NCBI GenBank assembly: GCA_035404085.1
Contig: DAONGL010000001.1
Coordinates: 42,195-106,194 of the forward strand
DNA: 64,000 nt
Origin: Methanomassiliicoccales archaeon
GTDB lineage: Archaea; Thermoplasmatota; Thermoplasmata; Methanomassiliicoccales; UBA472
Direction: 5' to 3'
The notes beneath the pieces are model-generated. The model saw only the letters and a program-made list of their open reading frames with translations. It made no database searches and was not told the origin of the DNA. The position numbers were made by a program, and so were the translations under genes. Numbering within the stretch: position 1 is the stretch's first letter; each line of letters begins with the position of its first letter. Shown piece after piece: positions 43,682 through 53,122 of this stretch.

Positions 43682-44575
43682 TCAATCATCGGCGGGCCTT
43701 TCCTTGATCAACAACAAGGTACCCGCGGCCATAAGCAGACCGGCGATCACCAGCTTCGCGGTGACGGACTCTCCCAGCAGTGGTATGGCCGCCATGGCCG
43801 CGGCGTACGGGCCGACCGAAAAGAGAGTGCCGGTCCTGCTGGCGCCAAGATGCCTCAGGCCGAAAAAGAACAGCACATTGCTGAACCCGTAGCTGATGGC
43901 GCCAATGATCATCGCGAAGACCATGGCCACCACCAGGTCCTGTCCGCCGTATAAGATGAAAGCCAGCGTCAGCGAGAAGGTGGCCGCGATGCCGCTCCTG
44001 ATGGTGGAGAGCTTGACTGGATCAAGATGGGAGATCTTCTGCATCAGGTTGTTATCGATGCCCCAGCAAAGCATGGAAAGTACGATCAGGATCGCCCCGC
44101 TCCCCCCGAACCCTCCCCCCGGGGTGTAGGAGAGAACGGTGCTTGCTATGGTCATGGCCGCCAGGGCGAGCCACAGCCGGTATCCCCCTTTGTCATGGAA
44201 GAACGCCACGGCGATCACCGCGGTCATCACTCCCTCCAGGTTGAGGAGGAGGGATGCGTCGGATCCGGCTGTCCATTTCAACCCGACCATGAGCAGGATG
44301 GGGGCGATTATCGCCCCGAAAAGGGTGCTTCCCATCAAGTTAAGGACGTCTGAACGCGCCAACTTGGATGGCTTCGGCCTAAGGGAGGTTCTACGCCTCA
44401 GCACGAACAATGTCCCCGTGAAAACGGTAGCCCCGGCATAGAGGAGACCGGCCATCATCACTGGCTCTATATCCCCGATCAGGACCTTGGAGAAAGGAAC
44501 GCAGAGGCCGAACAGCGTGCCCGCCACAAGCACGAGCAGCACCGGACCTTTGTCCATGCCGGGGAAATAATGCAT
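43682..44575 (-). CDS. EamA/DMT-superfamily transporter
   Basis: 297 aa with about 10 TM helices in two similar halves, and a Gly/Ala/Leu-rich composition typical of EamA repeats. Confidence 0.85.
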   Translation of the reverse strand: MHYFPGMDKGPVLLVLVAGTLFGLCVPFSKVLIGDIEPVMMAGLLYAGATVFTGTLFVLRRRTSLRPKPSKLARSDVLNLMGSTLFGAIIAPILLMVGLKWTAGSDASLLLNLEGVMTAVIAVAFFHDKGGYRLWLALAAMTIASTVLSYTPGGGFGGSGAILIVLSMLCWGIDNNLMQKISHLDPVKLSTIRSGIAATFSLTLAFILYGGQDLVVAMVFAMIIGAISYGFSNVLFFFGLRHLGASRTGTLFSVGPYAAAMAAIPLLGESVTAKLVIAGLLMAAGTLLLIKERPADD

Positions 44576-44701
44576 ATGTTAATTGGTTTTTGCGTCCTTC
44601 AATAGATATTCAGGTCATGGCGCCAAGGTCCCATCACTCAAGGCATGTGAGACAGCGATCATACTGGTTAGGGAGGAACCCGACGAATTATCGTTGCTGA
44701 C

Positions 44702-45034
44702 CTAATCGTTAACGAACTCGATGCTGAGCGGTATTCCCTTCTTCGTATTGGAACGAGCGATCATCCCCGCCTCCACCCAGGCCGCCGTGAGAACCGCCGA
44801 CGGCGTCAGGCAGTTGGCGCTCATGTCCGAGATAACGAACTCCCGGAACACCTTGCTCTCTGTCTTGTCGGTAAGGTCGGTCATCGATAACGGGTTCAGG
44901 CCATTCACGAACCTCTCGACCTTGGGGCAGGTGCTGGTCACCTTGACCTCAAAATCCCCGTCATCCGTCATGCTAACCTCGATGTTCGACCTGTTGTCGC
45001 AAGGGAACATGTGATACCGCACCTTCGATGTCAT
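44702..45034 (-). CDS. hypothetical protein
   Basis: 110-aa ORF with ordinary composition and three Cys. No family recognised. Confidence 0.5.
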   Translation of the reverse strand: MTSKVRYHMFPCDNRSNIEVSMTDDGDFEVKVTSTCPKVERFVNGLNPLSMTDLTDKTESKVFREFVISDMSANCLTPSAVLTAAWVEAGMIARSNTKKGIPLSIEFVND

Positions 45035-45292
45035 TTAATCACTCTCGAATATTTGCAAAGGACAACGGCTTTGAGTCCTTATTAACCATTTCTAATAAAA
45101 TAGAACATGAATATTTATCGGTCCTCATATCCTTGAAACATCATCGAATCGATGTTGTCCATTCTCCTAGATCGGTCCTGGTCCTTGGGCATCGGACGGC
45201 CCTTAGCGTTCCATTTTTGTCGTTTTAGGTTCTATCGCATTTTAGGTCAGCAATGTCGACGAAGATCCACGATCTTACAGATCTGCCCACAT

Positions 45293-45376
45293 GAACTTTT
45301 TAAATTGAATTATATTAAAAATATATAAAAAATAATAATTAAGTTAGAATAATAACAACAACATATAAATACTATC
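45293..45376 (+). promoter_or_regulatory. extremely AT-rich promoter region upstream of the surface-protein gene
   Basis: Positions 45301-45360 contain only 5 G/C in 60 nt (counted), with multiple TATA-like elements (TATATTAAAAATATATAAAAAATAATAATTAA). An AGAGGT Shine-Dalgarno-like element lies 7 nt before ATG 45465. Confidence 0.5.
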
Positions 45377-45464
45377 AGGCCCAAAGGTGTATTATACTTT
45401 TACGGTCGCCTAGAATTCGATCGTTGTCTGGTTTTTTCTGGATATATTCAACAGAGGTTACAGT

Positions 45465-47093
45465 ATGAACATTGTTTTACATAAAAAAGGCAAGAGCCTC
45501 AGTAGCAGAAATGCTACGAACAAGACCTATTTTGGAAAAGGTTTTGTCATCGCGGCCGCAGCGCTGATCGCTGTTCTGATGGTTTTGACCGCGGTCCCGG
45601 CCGCCGGTCTCGGGTCTGGTGCGAACGGAGCGATAAACAATTCTTTGGTCATGACCAACGTCGAGTCCCAAGCATCGGTCGATCTAGGGTCGGCGGGTAA
45701 TTTCGTAGCGCTCGCAAAATCTGGAATATCCACCACTGGTTCCACGAACATAGTCGGAGATATCGGTGTTAGTCCCATCGACAGCACCGCGATTACCGGA
45801 TTCGGACTTATAATGGATTCCTCCAATGAGTTCGCGACATCATCCCTCATAACTGGAAAGGTGTACGCGTCAGACTACGCTCAACCGACCCCATCCATTA
45901 TGACCACCGCCATCGGTGATATGGAAACCGCCTACACCAATGCCGCTGGGCGTACATCGCCGGATCATACCGAGCTAGGCGCCGGGGATATCGGCGGAAT
46001 GACGCTCGCTCCGGGACTGTACAAGTGGAGCAGCAACCTGTTGATCCCAGCTGATGTTACGTTAGAGGGCTGTTCGAGCGCGGTATGGATATTCCAGATC
46101 GCCCAGGACCTCCTGATCAGCGAGGGAAAGCAGGTCATGTTGAGCGGTGGCGCCCAGGCAGATAATGTCTTCTGGCAGGTCGGTGGACAAACGACCCTCA
46201 GCACCACTTCGGTTCTCTACGGCAACGTTCTCTGTCATACAGCTATCGTTCTGAACACTGGCGCAACGTTGAACGGAAGGGCCCTGGCGCAGACCGCCAT
46301 CAGCCTTGACGCAAACGCCGTCACCGTTCCTGAATCCGCCAGTGAGCCCCGGGTGATATCGACCATTCCGGCGAACGCCGCCACCGGTTTCTCGATCAAC
46401 TCGAGGATATCAGCCACCTTCAACATGGCCATGGACGCATCCACGATCACCACTTCGACGTTCTTAGTGATGCAAGGGGCAACGTCCGTTACCGGCAACG
46501 TTACCTATAACGGCGTGACCGCGGTATTTGAGCCAATCAGCGATCTGGCGATCAGCACTGTGTACAATGTCACCATAACCACCAGTGTCGAGGACAGTTC
46601 TGGAAATGCTCTGATCAGCAATCACACCTGGTCCTTCACCACTGGTACGACCGCGGATGTTACCGCACCTACCGTGACCTTGACGGTCCCGATCAATGTG
46701 GCGACGGAAGTGGCGGTGGATGGAACGGTCACCGCGACGTTCAGCGAAGGGGTCGATCCTTCCACCGTCTCCACCACCACGTTCACTGTGAAGAAGGGAA
46801 CGATGGCGGTCGAAGGCACCGTGACCTACTCTGGTTTGAAGGCTATCTTCACCCCTAGCGAGGACATCGAGTACAGCACCAACTACACGGCCACCATCAG
46901 CACCGGGGTCGAGGACCTGGCAGGCAATGCCATGGTGAGCGCTCACACCTGGAGGTTCACTACAGTTGATGCACCGGAAGAGGACGGATCAACCGAGTTC
47001 CCCCTCTGGGCGATGGCCTTGATCATACTGGTCGCCGCCGGAGTGATAGGGGTGGTAGTCTACCGCGTGGTCAAGAAACCCTCAAAGAAGTAA
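45465..47093 (+). CDS. cell-surface protein: signal/TM, ice-binding-like (DUF3494) beta-solenoid domain, two Ig-like repeats, C-terminal TM anchor
   Basis: 542 aa. The DUF3494 pattern is LGSAGNFVALAKSGISTTGSTNIVGDIGVSP...ITGF, then LAPGLYKWSS, AVWIFQI, GGAQADNVFWQVGG and LNGRALAQTAISL. The C-terminal anchor is FPLWAMALIILVAAGVIGVVVYRVVKKPSKK. Confidence 0.85.
   Translation: MNIVLHKKGKSLSSRNATNKTYFGKGFVIAAAALIAVLMVLTAVPAAGLGSGANGAINNSLVMTNVESQASVDLGSAGNFVALAKSGISTTGSTNIVGDIGVSPIDSTAITGFGLIMDSSNEFATSSLITGKVYASDYAQPTPSIMTTAIGDMETAYTNAAGRTSPDHTELGAGDIGGMTLAPGLYKWSSNLLIPADVTLEGCSSAVWIFQIAQDLLISEGKQVMLSGGAQADNVFWQVGGQTTLSTTSVLYGNVLCHTAIVLNTGATLNGRALAQTAISLDANAVTVPESASEPRVISTIPANAATGFSINSRISATFNMAMDASTITTSTFLVMQGATSVTGNVTYNGVTAVFEPISDLAISTVYNVTITTSVEDSSGNALISNHTWSFTTGTTADVTAPTVTLTVPINVATEVAVDGTVTATFSEGVDPSTVSTTTFTVKKGTMAVEGTVTYSGLKAIFTPSEDIEYSTNYTATISTGVEDLAGNAMVSAHTWRFTTVDAPEEDGSTEFPLWAMALIILVAAGVIGVVVYRVVKKPSKK
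46347..46964 (+). repeat. two tandem ~100-aa Ig-like (SbsA/Big-type) domain repeats inside the surface-protein CDS
   Basis: Repeat 1 is 46347-46643 (PRVISTIPANAATGF...ISATFNMAMDASTITTSTFLV...GNALISNHTWSFTT). Repeat 2 is 46665-46964 (APTVTLTVPINVATEV...VTATFSEGVDPSTVSTTTFTV...GNAMVSAHTWRFTT). They align collinearly at the protein level. Confidence 0.6.
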
Positions 47094-47118
47094 ACTATCT
47101 TCTTTCCTAAAACCGTCG

Positions 47119-47162
47119 AGGGGGCGCTCGAGCGAACGGGCGCCCCTCCGGCCACCTTTTTT
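47119..47162 (+). terminator. GC-rich hairpin plus T6 tract after the surface-protein gene
   Basis: AGGGG(G)CGCTCG (47119-47130) pairs with CGGGCGCCCCT (47137-47147) with one bulge. TTTTTT follows at 47157-47162. Confidence 0.5.
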
Positions 47163-47230
47163 CAACCAGAATTCAGCATCCCACACATCCTACCTGTCTA
47201 TCAGGCACCTTTAAGTATTGTTAAGACAAG

Positions 47231-47569
47231 GTGATACTCATGGTCGAGGTAATCACAATTGCAGGATTCCTCGTCGCCTGGTTGGTCTCAACCTTAGTGA
47301 TCTACTTTGTCACTAAACTATTTGGGCAGACGGAAGATATCGGAAAAGCGATAATGGCCGCTCTTATCGGAACGGTCATTTATGCTCTGGCTTACTTTTT
47401 ATTTGGGAACGGACTGCTGGCAGCATTAGTGGCAGGGATCGTCTGGTTATTGGCGCTGAGAAGCCTGTACAAGATCGATTGGGGCAAGGCACTGATCATA
47501 GCCATAATCGTCTGGATAGTGGCGCTCGTGATCGGTTTCTTCTTACCGACCCTTTCCGGTCCGTTCTAA
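47231..47569 (+). CDS. small integral membrane protein
   Basis: 112 aa with three or four hydrophobic helices. GTG start, with an alternative ATG at 47240. No family recognised. Confidence 0.55.
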   Translation: MILMVEVITIAGFLVAWLVSTLVIYFVTKLFGQTEDIGKAIMAALIGTVIYALAYFLFGNGLLAALVAGIVWLLALRSLYKIDWGKALIIAIIVWIVALVIGFFLPTLSGPF

Positions 47570-47638
47570 AACAATAGAAAACCTTTTAGAGGTCGAAACC
47601 GGCCTTATTCCTATTTTTCCAAGCGAGCATGACCGTTC

Positions 47639-48406
47639 TTATCTGCTTACCTTTTGATTCGGCCATTCATCTATGACAGTGGCCAGGCACGGCGCCTCGT
47701 TCATTTTCTTACCGAAGCGGTCGAAAAGCCTTCCGTTCCGGATCGCCACCTCGCCGCTTACCAGCATCTTGATGGTCTCTACAAGCAGGGGGACTTCCCT
47801 CTTGACCTCCCGGGCTCGTATGGCCTTAGCCAGATCATCCCGTGAGCCGATATCCTCCCGTAGGTCGGAAATATCGAACTGGTCATAGGCCACCGTATCA
47901 CCGCGGTCCAGCTCCGGTGTGCACACGTGCACCATCGAACCGTACGTCGCGTCATCGCTCTCCGCCACCCGGTGGACTATCTCTTCCCAGGTTCCCTGAT
48001 AGGTGTTGGGTAAGGCCGGGTGCAGGTTGATGATCTCGTGTTTAAGGCAGGTCTCGGGGTCTAGGATGAGCATGTATCCGGCCAGCACCCCGAAGTCCAT
48101 GGGATGCTCCGAGATCTTATCGCGCATGGCCTTTCCGTAAGCTTCGCGCCAGGCGTTCAGGTCCTTTCCCTTCAGGTCGTTACGGAATCCGTCCGAAGGC
48201 AGTATTATGACCGGGATGCCATCCTCCTCGGCCATGGCGATCAGCTTGGCCCGGTGCTGGTTTCCCTTTACCTCCCGGTTCATGAACACGAACGATAGCT
48301 CGGCATCGATCTCCCCACTATTGATCATGGACCTCACGGTGCTGAACAGCCCAAGGGAGCCGGGCCCTCTTCCGGTGGTGAACCAGCCTATGCGCTTCAT
48401 TTCCAT
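47639..48406 (-). CDS. formyltransferase family protein (PurN-like)
   Basis: 255 aa with an N-terminal Rossmann-like segment (IGWFTTGRGPGS), the catalytic-region motif IINLHPALP, and GSMVHVCTPELDRGDTVA, resembling GAR transformylase / formyl_trans_N. Confidence 0.75.
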   Translation of the reverse strand: MEMKRIGWFTTGRGPGSLGLFSTVRSMINSGEIDAELSFVFMNREVKGNQHRAKLIAMAEEDGIPVIILPSDGFRNDLKGKDLNAWREAYGKAMRDKISEHPMDFGVLAGYMLILDPETCLKHEIINLHPALPNTYQGTWEEIVHRVAESDDATYGSMVHVCTPELDRGDTVAYDQFDISDLREDIGSRDDLAKAIRAREVKREVPLLVETIKMLVSGEVAIRNGRLFDRFGKKMNEAPCLATVIDEWPNQKVSR

Positions 48407-48431
48407 CCCTCAATCCCTTGCTAGGAGATAT

Positions 48432-48845
48432 TTATTCGCGCCCCGGGTCGGAGCGTTCCTTGGGCCTCAGTGAGGCCACGTGGACGGTCACAGCCACTGC
48501 TATCACAAGGAGCAGGACCCTTAGCCAGTCATCTTCGATGAAGAGCACGGTCGTCAGCCCCATGGTCAGCCAGAGCATGGCGATGGTGAACGCTCGTACC
48601 TTGATGGGAAGACCCTGTCCTTCCCGGTAGCTGCGGATGTAAGAGCCTAACAGACGATTGTTGATGAGCCAACAATAAAAGCGCTGCGAACCGCGGGCGT
48701 AACAGGCGGCAGCCAAAAGTAACAGGGGCGTGGTCGGCAGCACCGGGATGAAGATACCCACCAAGCCCAGGGACAGGCACAGCGTGCCGGCCACTATCAG
48801 GGACCACCTGACCAACTTTGACCCCGATTCGCACTCTTCTTTCAT
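48432..48845 (-). CDS. DUF454 (YbaN) family inner-membrane protein
   Basis: 137 aa: LSLGLVGIFIPVLPTTPLLLLAAACYARGSQRFYCWL is the YbaN signature. Confidence 0.75.
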   Translation of the reverse strand: MKEECESGSKLVRWSLIVAGTLCLSLGLVGIFIPVLPTTPLLLLAAACYARGSQRFYCWLINNRLLGSYIRSYREGQGLPIKVRAFTIAMLWLTMGLTTVLFIEDDWLRVLLLVIAVAVTVHVASLRPKERSDPGRE

Positions 48846-48867
48846 CTGCTCTCCCGAAGGTCCGAAC

Positions 48868-49674
48868 TCAGAACCTATCCAACGTACCCTTGCTCCTGGC
48901 CAGGTATTCGAACCCCCGGAACATCAGGTATCCGGCGATCATCACGATGAAGCCGACCAGCGCCTCCATGCCCAGCAATCCCGATAGCTCTCCCAGGGAA
49001 GCGCCCTGCACGGCCATCCTGGCCGCCTCCGTCCCGTAGGTCATCGGTATGGCGTAGGAGAACGGCTGCAGATATCCCGGAAGGAACGAGACCGGGAAGT
49101 TGACCCCGCAGAGCAGCAGCCCGATGAACAGGAATATGTTGGCGACGATCATGGATGTGCGCAGGAACAGTCCCAGCGAGCTCAGCATCAGTCCGAAGCC
49201 GGTCATGGCGAAGGTGGTGACCAGAATGACCGTCGCCAGGCCCAGGTAGTTGGCCTGGGAGAAGTCCACGTTGAAGATAAGGGCGGCGTAAAGGAACGCT
49301 ATGGTGACCGTGGCCAATCCGTTCACGATCTGGAAGGCGGCTCTTCCCACGAAGACGGAGAAGCGGTTCGCGGGGGACACCAACAGGTTCTCGATGGTCC
49401 CCTGGTTCTTCTCCTCCCCGGTGATGTTGCACACCGCGAACACGCTCACGTAGGCCAGGGATTGCAGCGCGTTCCCGATGGCCACGAACTCCATGGAAAC
49501 CTCGGAATTGTTGACGAACTTAGCGACGTAAACGAAGAAGGCAATCTGGAACAGGGACATGCCGAACAGCTGCATGATCCACATGGCCGGGTTCAGCCAG
49601 GCGAATAGCGCCCGCTTCGCAAGCACCGCCGAGCTCCAGAAGACCCGCAAAGGGTTGCTGACGTTTTCGGACAT
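48868..49674 (-). CDS. ABC-2 type transporter permease
   Basis: 268 aa with six TM helices. It lies in an operon with a second permease and an ATPase. Confidence 0.8.
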   Translation of the reverse strand: MSENVSNPLRVFWSSAVLAKRALFAWLNPAMWIMQLFGMSLFQIAFFVYVAKFVNNSEVSMEFVAIGNALQSLAYVSVFAVCNITGEEKNQGTIENLLVSPANRFSVFVGRAAFQIVNGLATVTIAFLYAALIFNVDFSQANYLGLATVILVTTFAMTGFGLMLSSLGLFLRTSMIVANIFLFIGLLLCGVNFPVSFLPGYLQPFSYAIPMTYGTEAARMAVQGASLGELSGLLGMEALVGFIVMIAGYLMFRGFEYLARSKGTLDRF

Positions 49675-49675
49675 A

Positions 49676-50464
49676 TCAGTACCTCATCAGATTGGCGGTC
49701 TTGCGCGCCCGGTGGTCCACCGCCTTGTACAGCCAGATGGAGACGGTTAGGTATAGTACGGACAATATGGCCAGATACAGGATGTCCCCCCAGTATCCGA
49801 CCGAAAAACCGTCAGCGTAAGCGGGAAGGGCGGCGTACCTTATGGCGTCGATGCCCCAGGTCGGTGCCAGACTATAGGAAAGGGGATGCGACCAGTAAGG
49901 CAAAAGGAATATCGGGAACATGCTTCCAGTGCCGACGTAGATAGGGAACTCCAGCCCGTTGGTGAGCACCTGCGCCGAACGCGTCAGCACGAAGGCGGCG
50001 CTGAACAGCATGCCCAGGGTCGCCAACGAGAGCAAGGTCAGCACGAAGGCCAGCATGAACAGCCAGAAGTCGGCCACCTCCAATGGGGTCTGGAATATGA
50101 CCATGGCCGCCACCAGGACGAAGAGGCCGTTGACTATGCCGACCAGGGCGTTCCAGATGGTCCTCCCGCCGATGATCCAGATGAGCGGGCTAGGCGCGGA
50201 GAATATGGCATCCACCGTACCCCACCAGCGATCGGACTGTATGGAGAAGCCGGAAGCGTACAGGGTGTTGCCCCACATGCCCATCATGCCCCCGCCCAGC
50301 ACCGCGTACAGCACCGCTTCCGGACTTGGTTCCTGGTAGAGCATGAGCACCACCATGGCCAGGACGAACGGGGCGATGATGTTCGGGATGATCCACTGCG
50401 GCTCGGCCCAGAACATCGCGGCCTGGTGCCGGAAGGAAGCTGCCGTCGCGCGGAGCCTAGGCAT
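49676..50464 (-). CDS. ABC-2 type transporter permease
   Basis: 262 aa with six TM helices. There is a 1-nt gap to the next permease, and it overlaps the ATPase gene by 8 nt. Confidence 0.8.
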   Translation of the reverse strand: MPRLRATAASFRHQAAMFWAEPQWIIPNIIAPFVLAMVVLMLYQEPSPEAVLYAVLGGGMMGMWGNTLYASGFSIQSDRWWGTVDAIFSAPSPLIWIIGGRTIWNALVGIVNGLFVLVAAMVIFQTPLEVADFWLFMLAFVLTLLSLATLGMLFSAAFVLTRSAQVLTNGLEFPIYVGTGSMFPIFLLPYWSHPLSYSLAPTWGIDAIRYAALPAYADGFSVGYWGDILYLAILSVLYLTVSIWLYKAVDHRARKTANLMRY

Positions 50465-51440
50465 CTTCCCTCACCAGCCAGAGGTAGGCGTCCTCCAACG
50501 TGGGTTCCTTGACCTTCATGCCGATGACCTTGCGGTCCTCCAGTAGGTGGGTGACCTTCGGCAATAATGATACCGGATCGCAGACCTGCACTCGCATGGT
50601 CTGCTTGTCCTCGGACATGTTGGCGGTGACGGTGCGAACGCCGTCCAAGGCCTTCAGCAGGTCCAGGTCCTTCTCGGTGATGCCGAAACCTTCCACCTCG
50701 ATGACCGAGGTGTCCTTGACCAGCGATTTTAGCTTGCTTGGGGTGTCCAAGGCCACTATCTTTCCCCTGGTTATAACCCCGATACGATCGCAGAGCTCGT
50801 CCGCCTCGTACATGTAATGGGTGGTGAGCAGGATGGTCTTACCCTCGGCTACCAGGTCCTTGGTCATGTCCCGGGCGTCCCGGGCCGCCTCCGGGTCGAG
50901 GCCAATGGTCAGCTCGTCCATGAATATCAGCTCGGGATCGTGGATGATGCCCTTGGCGATGTGCAGCCGCTGCTTCATTCCCCGGGAGTAGTCCTCCACC
51001 CGGGTGTCCGCCTTGTCCAGGAGGTTTACCCTCTTGAGAACTTCCTCGATGCGCTTGTCGCGTATGGAAATGGGAACGCCATAGATGTCAGCGAAGTAGC
51101 GGAGGTTCTGCCGGGCGGTAACTCGATAATAGAGGCCTCGCTCGCCTCCGAGAATTAGCCCGATGCGCTTCCGCACCTCCATGGACTCCTTGACCACGTC
51201 GTAACCGAGTATCTTCACGCTACCAGATGTCGGCAGCAGCAGAGTGGTCAGAACCTTGATGGTGGTGGTCTTGCCGGCGCCGTTAGGGCCTAGGAGGCCG
51301 AACAGCTCGCCACGTCGTACCTGGAAATCGATGTCGTTCACCGCCACGGTCTCCTTCTTCTTCTGATGAAGGATGCCAGTGGTGCTGTGGTATTTCCTTA
51401 CCAAGCCCTTGACATCGATGACGATCTCATCACTATCCAT
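50457..51440 (-). CDS. ABC transporter ATP-binding protein (DrrA/CcmA-like exporter type)
   Basis: 327 aa with Walker A GPNGAGKTT, the signature YSRGMKQRL, and Walker B LIFMDELTIGLD. Confidence 0.9.
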   Translation of the reverse strand: MDSDEIVIDVKGLVRKYHSTTGILHQKKKETVAVNDIDFQVRRGELFGLLGPNGAGKTTTIKVLTTLLLPTSGSVKILGYDVVKESMEVRKRIGLILGGERGLYYRVTARQNLRYFADIYGVPISIRDKRIEEVLKRVNLLDKADTRVEDYSRGMKQRLHIAKGIIHDPELIFMDELTIGLDPEAARDARDMTKDLVAEGKTILLTTHYMYEADELCDRIGVITRGKIVALDTPSKLKSLVKDTSVIEVEGFGITEKDLDLLKALDGVRTVTANMSEDKQTMRVQVCDPVSLLPKVTHLLEDRKVIGMKVKEPTLEDAYLWLVREDA

Positions 51441-51608
51441 CTGACTTCCCCTTTTTCGTCATTCCCTGTTCGGTAATAACCTTTACCGTGGGCGATAAAA
51501 ATGTTTGCGCACGATGGGACGAAGGGTTAGGACCATGACATCGAAAAAGCGCCTGACATATAATCTCCAGGTCTGTGATAAGGCCAATCAGGGTGGATGG
51601 TCTATCGA

Positions 51609-52022
51609 TCAGCGAAGGGGAGCTCCGCAGAAGCGGCAACGCAGGTCGCCCTCGGCGTTCATTCCCCCGCAGTAATCGCAGAGCAATCTTTCCTCGTTCT
51701 TCCTCAGCCGGTCCTCATGGCTGACCCGGGTCTTTCTCCAAATGAACCATGCGGACAGCATCATCAGGACGGCCACGGCGATGACCACCAGGGCGGGAAC
51801 GAGGAAACCGTCAACCCCCAACCCGGCCACCAGCAGGAAGAACAGGCCCATGAAGAGTATCATTCCGCCTACCGAGGCCAGGATTATGGCCGGAAGCGGC
51901 ACCTGTGGAGGTTTTGGTCTCTGTTCGGCCGTCTCCTCCACTTGGTGGAGCTTCGGCATCTCTCTCCGGTCGCTGCTCCCGCCGTACATCCCTTCAGACC
52001 TCTTCGGCCGACATGGGTTCAA
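51609..52022 (-). CDS. membrane protein with C-terminal zinc ribbon
   Basis: 137 aa with two TM helices, followed by CDYCG...CRFCG. The start is uncertain (an internal ATG gives MYGGSS...). Confidence 0.55.
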   Translation of the reverse strand: MNPCRPKRSEGMYGGSSDRREMPKLHQVEETAEQRPKPPQVPLPAIILASVGGMILFMGLFFLLVAGLGVDGFLVPALVVIAVAVLMMLSAWFIWRKTRVSHEDRLRKNEERLLCDYCGGMNAEGDLRCRFCGAPLR

Positions 52023-52117
52023 GACGATTTATTCGTTGCTAGTTGGTCCATCACGTTCGGCGCGACGGTTTCCATCACGCTTATGAGTCCCTAAGTCCGT
52101 TCATCTTTTCAGATACC

Positions 52118-52399
52118 ATGATGTCCAAGATACCCGTAGAACTAGGGGCACTGAAGGCCGATCATCTGGACCGCGAGATACTCCGAACGGCGATGATCGC
52201 TGAGCTGGACGCGGTAAGCCTGTACGAGCAGTTGGCCGCCATGACCGCCGACCATAAGATCCGCCGGATACTGCTGGATGTGGCCAGGGAGGAGAAGACC
52301 CATGTGGGGGAGTTCCAGGTCCTGCTGCTGCTCATCGATCCGGAGCAGAGCGAGGAGCTGGAAGAGGGACGAAAAGAAGTGGAGGAAGAGCTGGGCTGA
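52118..52399 (+). CDS. small ferritin-like (rubrerythrin/EncFtn-like) protein
   Basis: The track ORF is trimmed to ATG 52118. The 93-aa product has AMIAELDAVSLYEQLA...LDVAREEKTHVGEFQVLL, the ExxH di-iron half-site pattern seen in encapsulated-ferritin-like proteins. Confidence 0.7.
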   Translation: MMSKIPVELGALKADHLDREILRTAMIAELDAVSLYEQLAAMTADHKIRRILLDVAREEKTHVGEFQVLLLLIDPEQSEELEEGRKEVEEELG

Positions 52400-52429
52400 C
52401 GCGCCAGGTTGGGAAAGGAAGTTCTCGGC

Positions 52430-52966
52430 TCACTTGTACCCGAACTTGTTGCGGAACAAGGTGAGGGAATCGGAAACTATCTCAGTGGCCCGGGCCCGTC
52501 CCTGCCAGCCGATGACGTTGGTCCCCTTCTTCTCTTCCAGCCTCTTGTAGGTCTTGAAGAACTCGGAGATCTCGTCCAGAAGGTGCTGGGGAATGTCCTC
52601 CAGCTCCAAGTACTGGTTGTTGCGCGGGTCGCCGCACGCGACGGTAAGGATCTTGTCGTCCTGCCCCTTCTCGTCGCTCATTTCCAGGACCCCGACCGGC
52701 CGGGCCTCTACGACGCAGCCAGGGAAGGTCGGCTCGCTGATGAGCACCATGGCGTCCAGGGGATCGCCGTCCTCGTAAAAGGTGCGCGGTATGAGCCCAT
52801 AGGCCAACGGGAAGACGACGCTGGAATGCAGCACGCGGTCCAGCAGCATGCAGTCGAACTCCTTGGACACCTCGTACTTGTTCTTGCTGTCCTTGGGGGT
52901 CTCGATGATGACGTTGACGATCTCCGGGGGGTTGCGCCCAGAAGGAAGGTTCTTCCATAATGACAT
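52430..52966 (-). CDS. ppa: inorganic pyrophosphatase (family I)
   Basis: 178 aa: VIIETPKDSKNKYEV..., YGLIPRTFYEDGDPLDAMVL and DDKILTV are the canonical family I PPase motifs. Confidence 0.95.
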   Translation of the reverse strand: MSLWKNLPSGRNPPEIVNVIIETPKDSKNKYEVSKEFDCMLLDRVLHSSVVFPLAYGLIPRTFYEDGDPLDAMVLISEPTFPGCVVEARPVGVLEMSDEKGQDDKILTVACGDPRNNQYLELEDIPQHLLDEISEFFKTYKRLEEKKGTNVIGWQGRARATEIVSDSLTLFRNKFGYK

Positions 52967-53122
52967 TTCAATTCCTCTCGGCCGCTTCGATTGTCTTTAG
53001 TTACTTATCTTTTTTCCCCTGACACAACCGCAGGTATTGATATCAAGGACCGGCGAGAAGCATGGTCGGAGCGGACGAACTAAGCTCATCTGGTAGCCCC
53101 CTCAGAAATTAATATAGGACCT

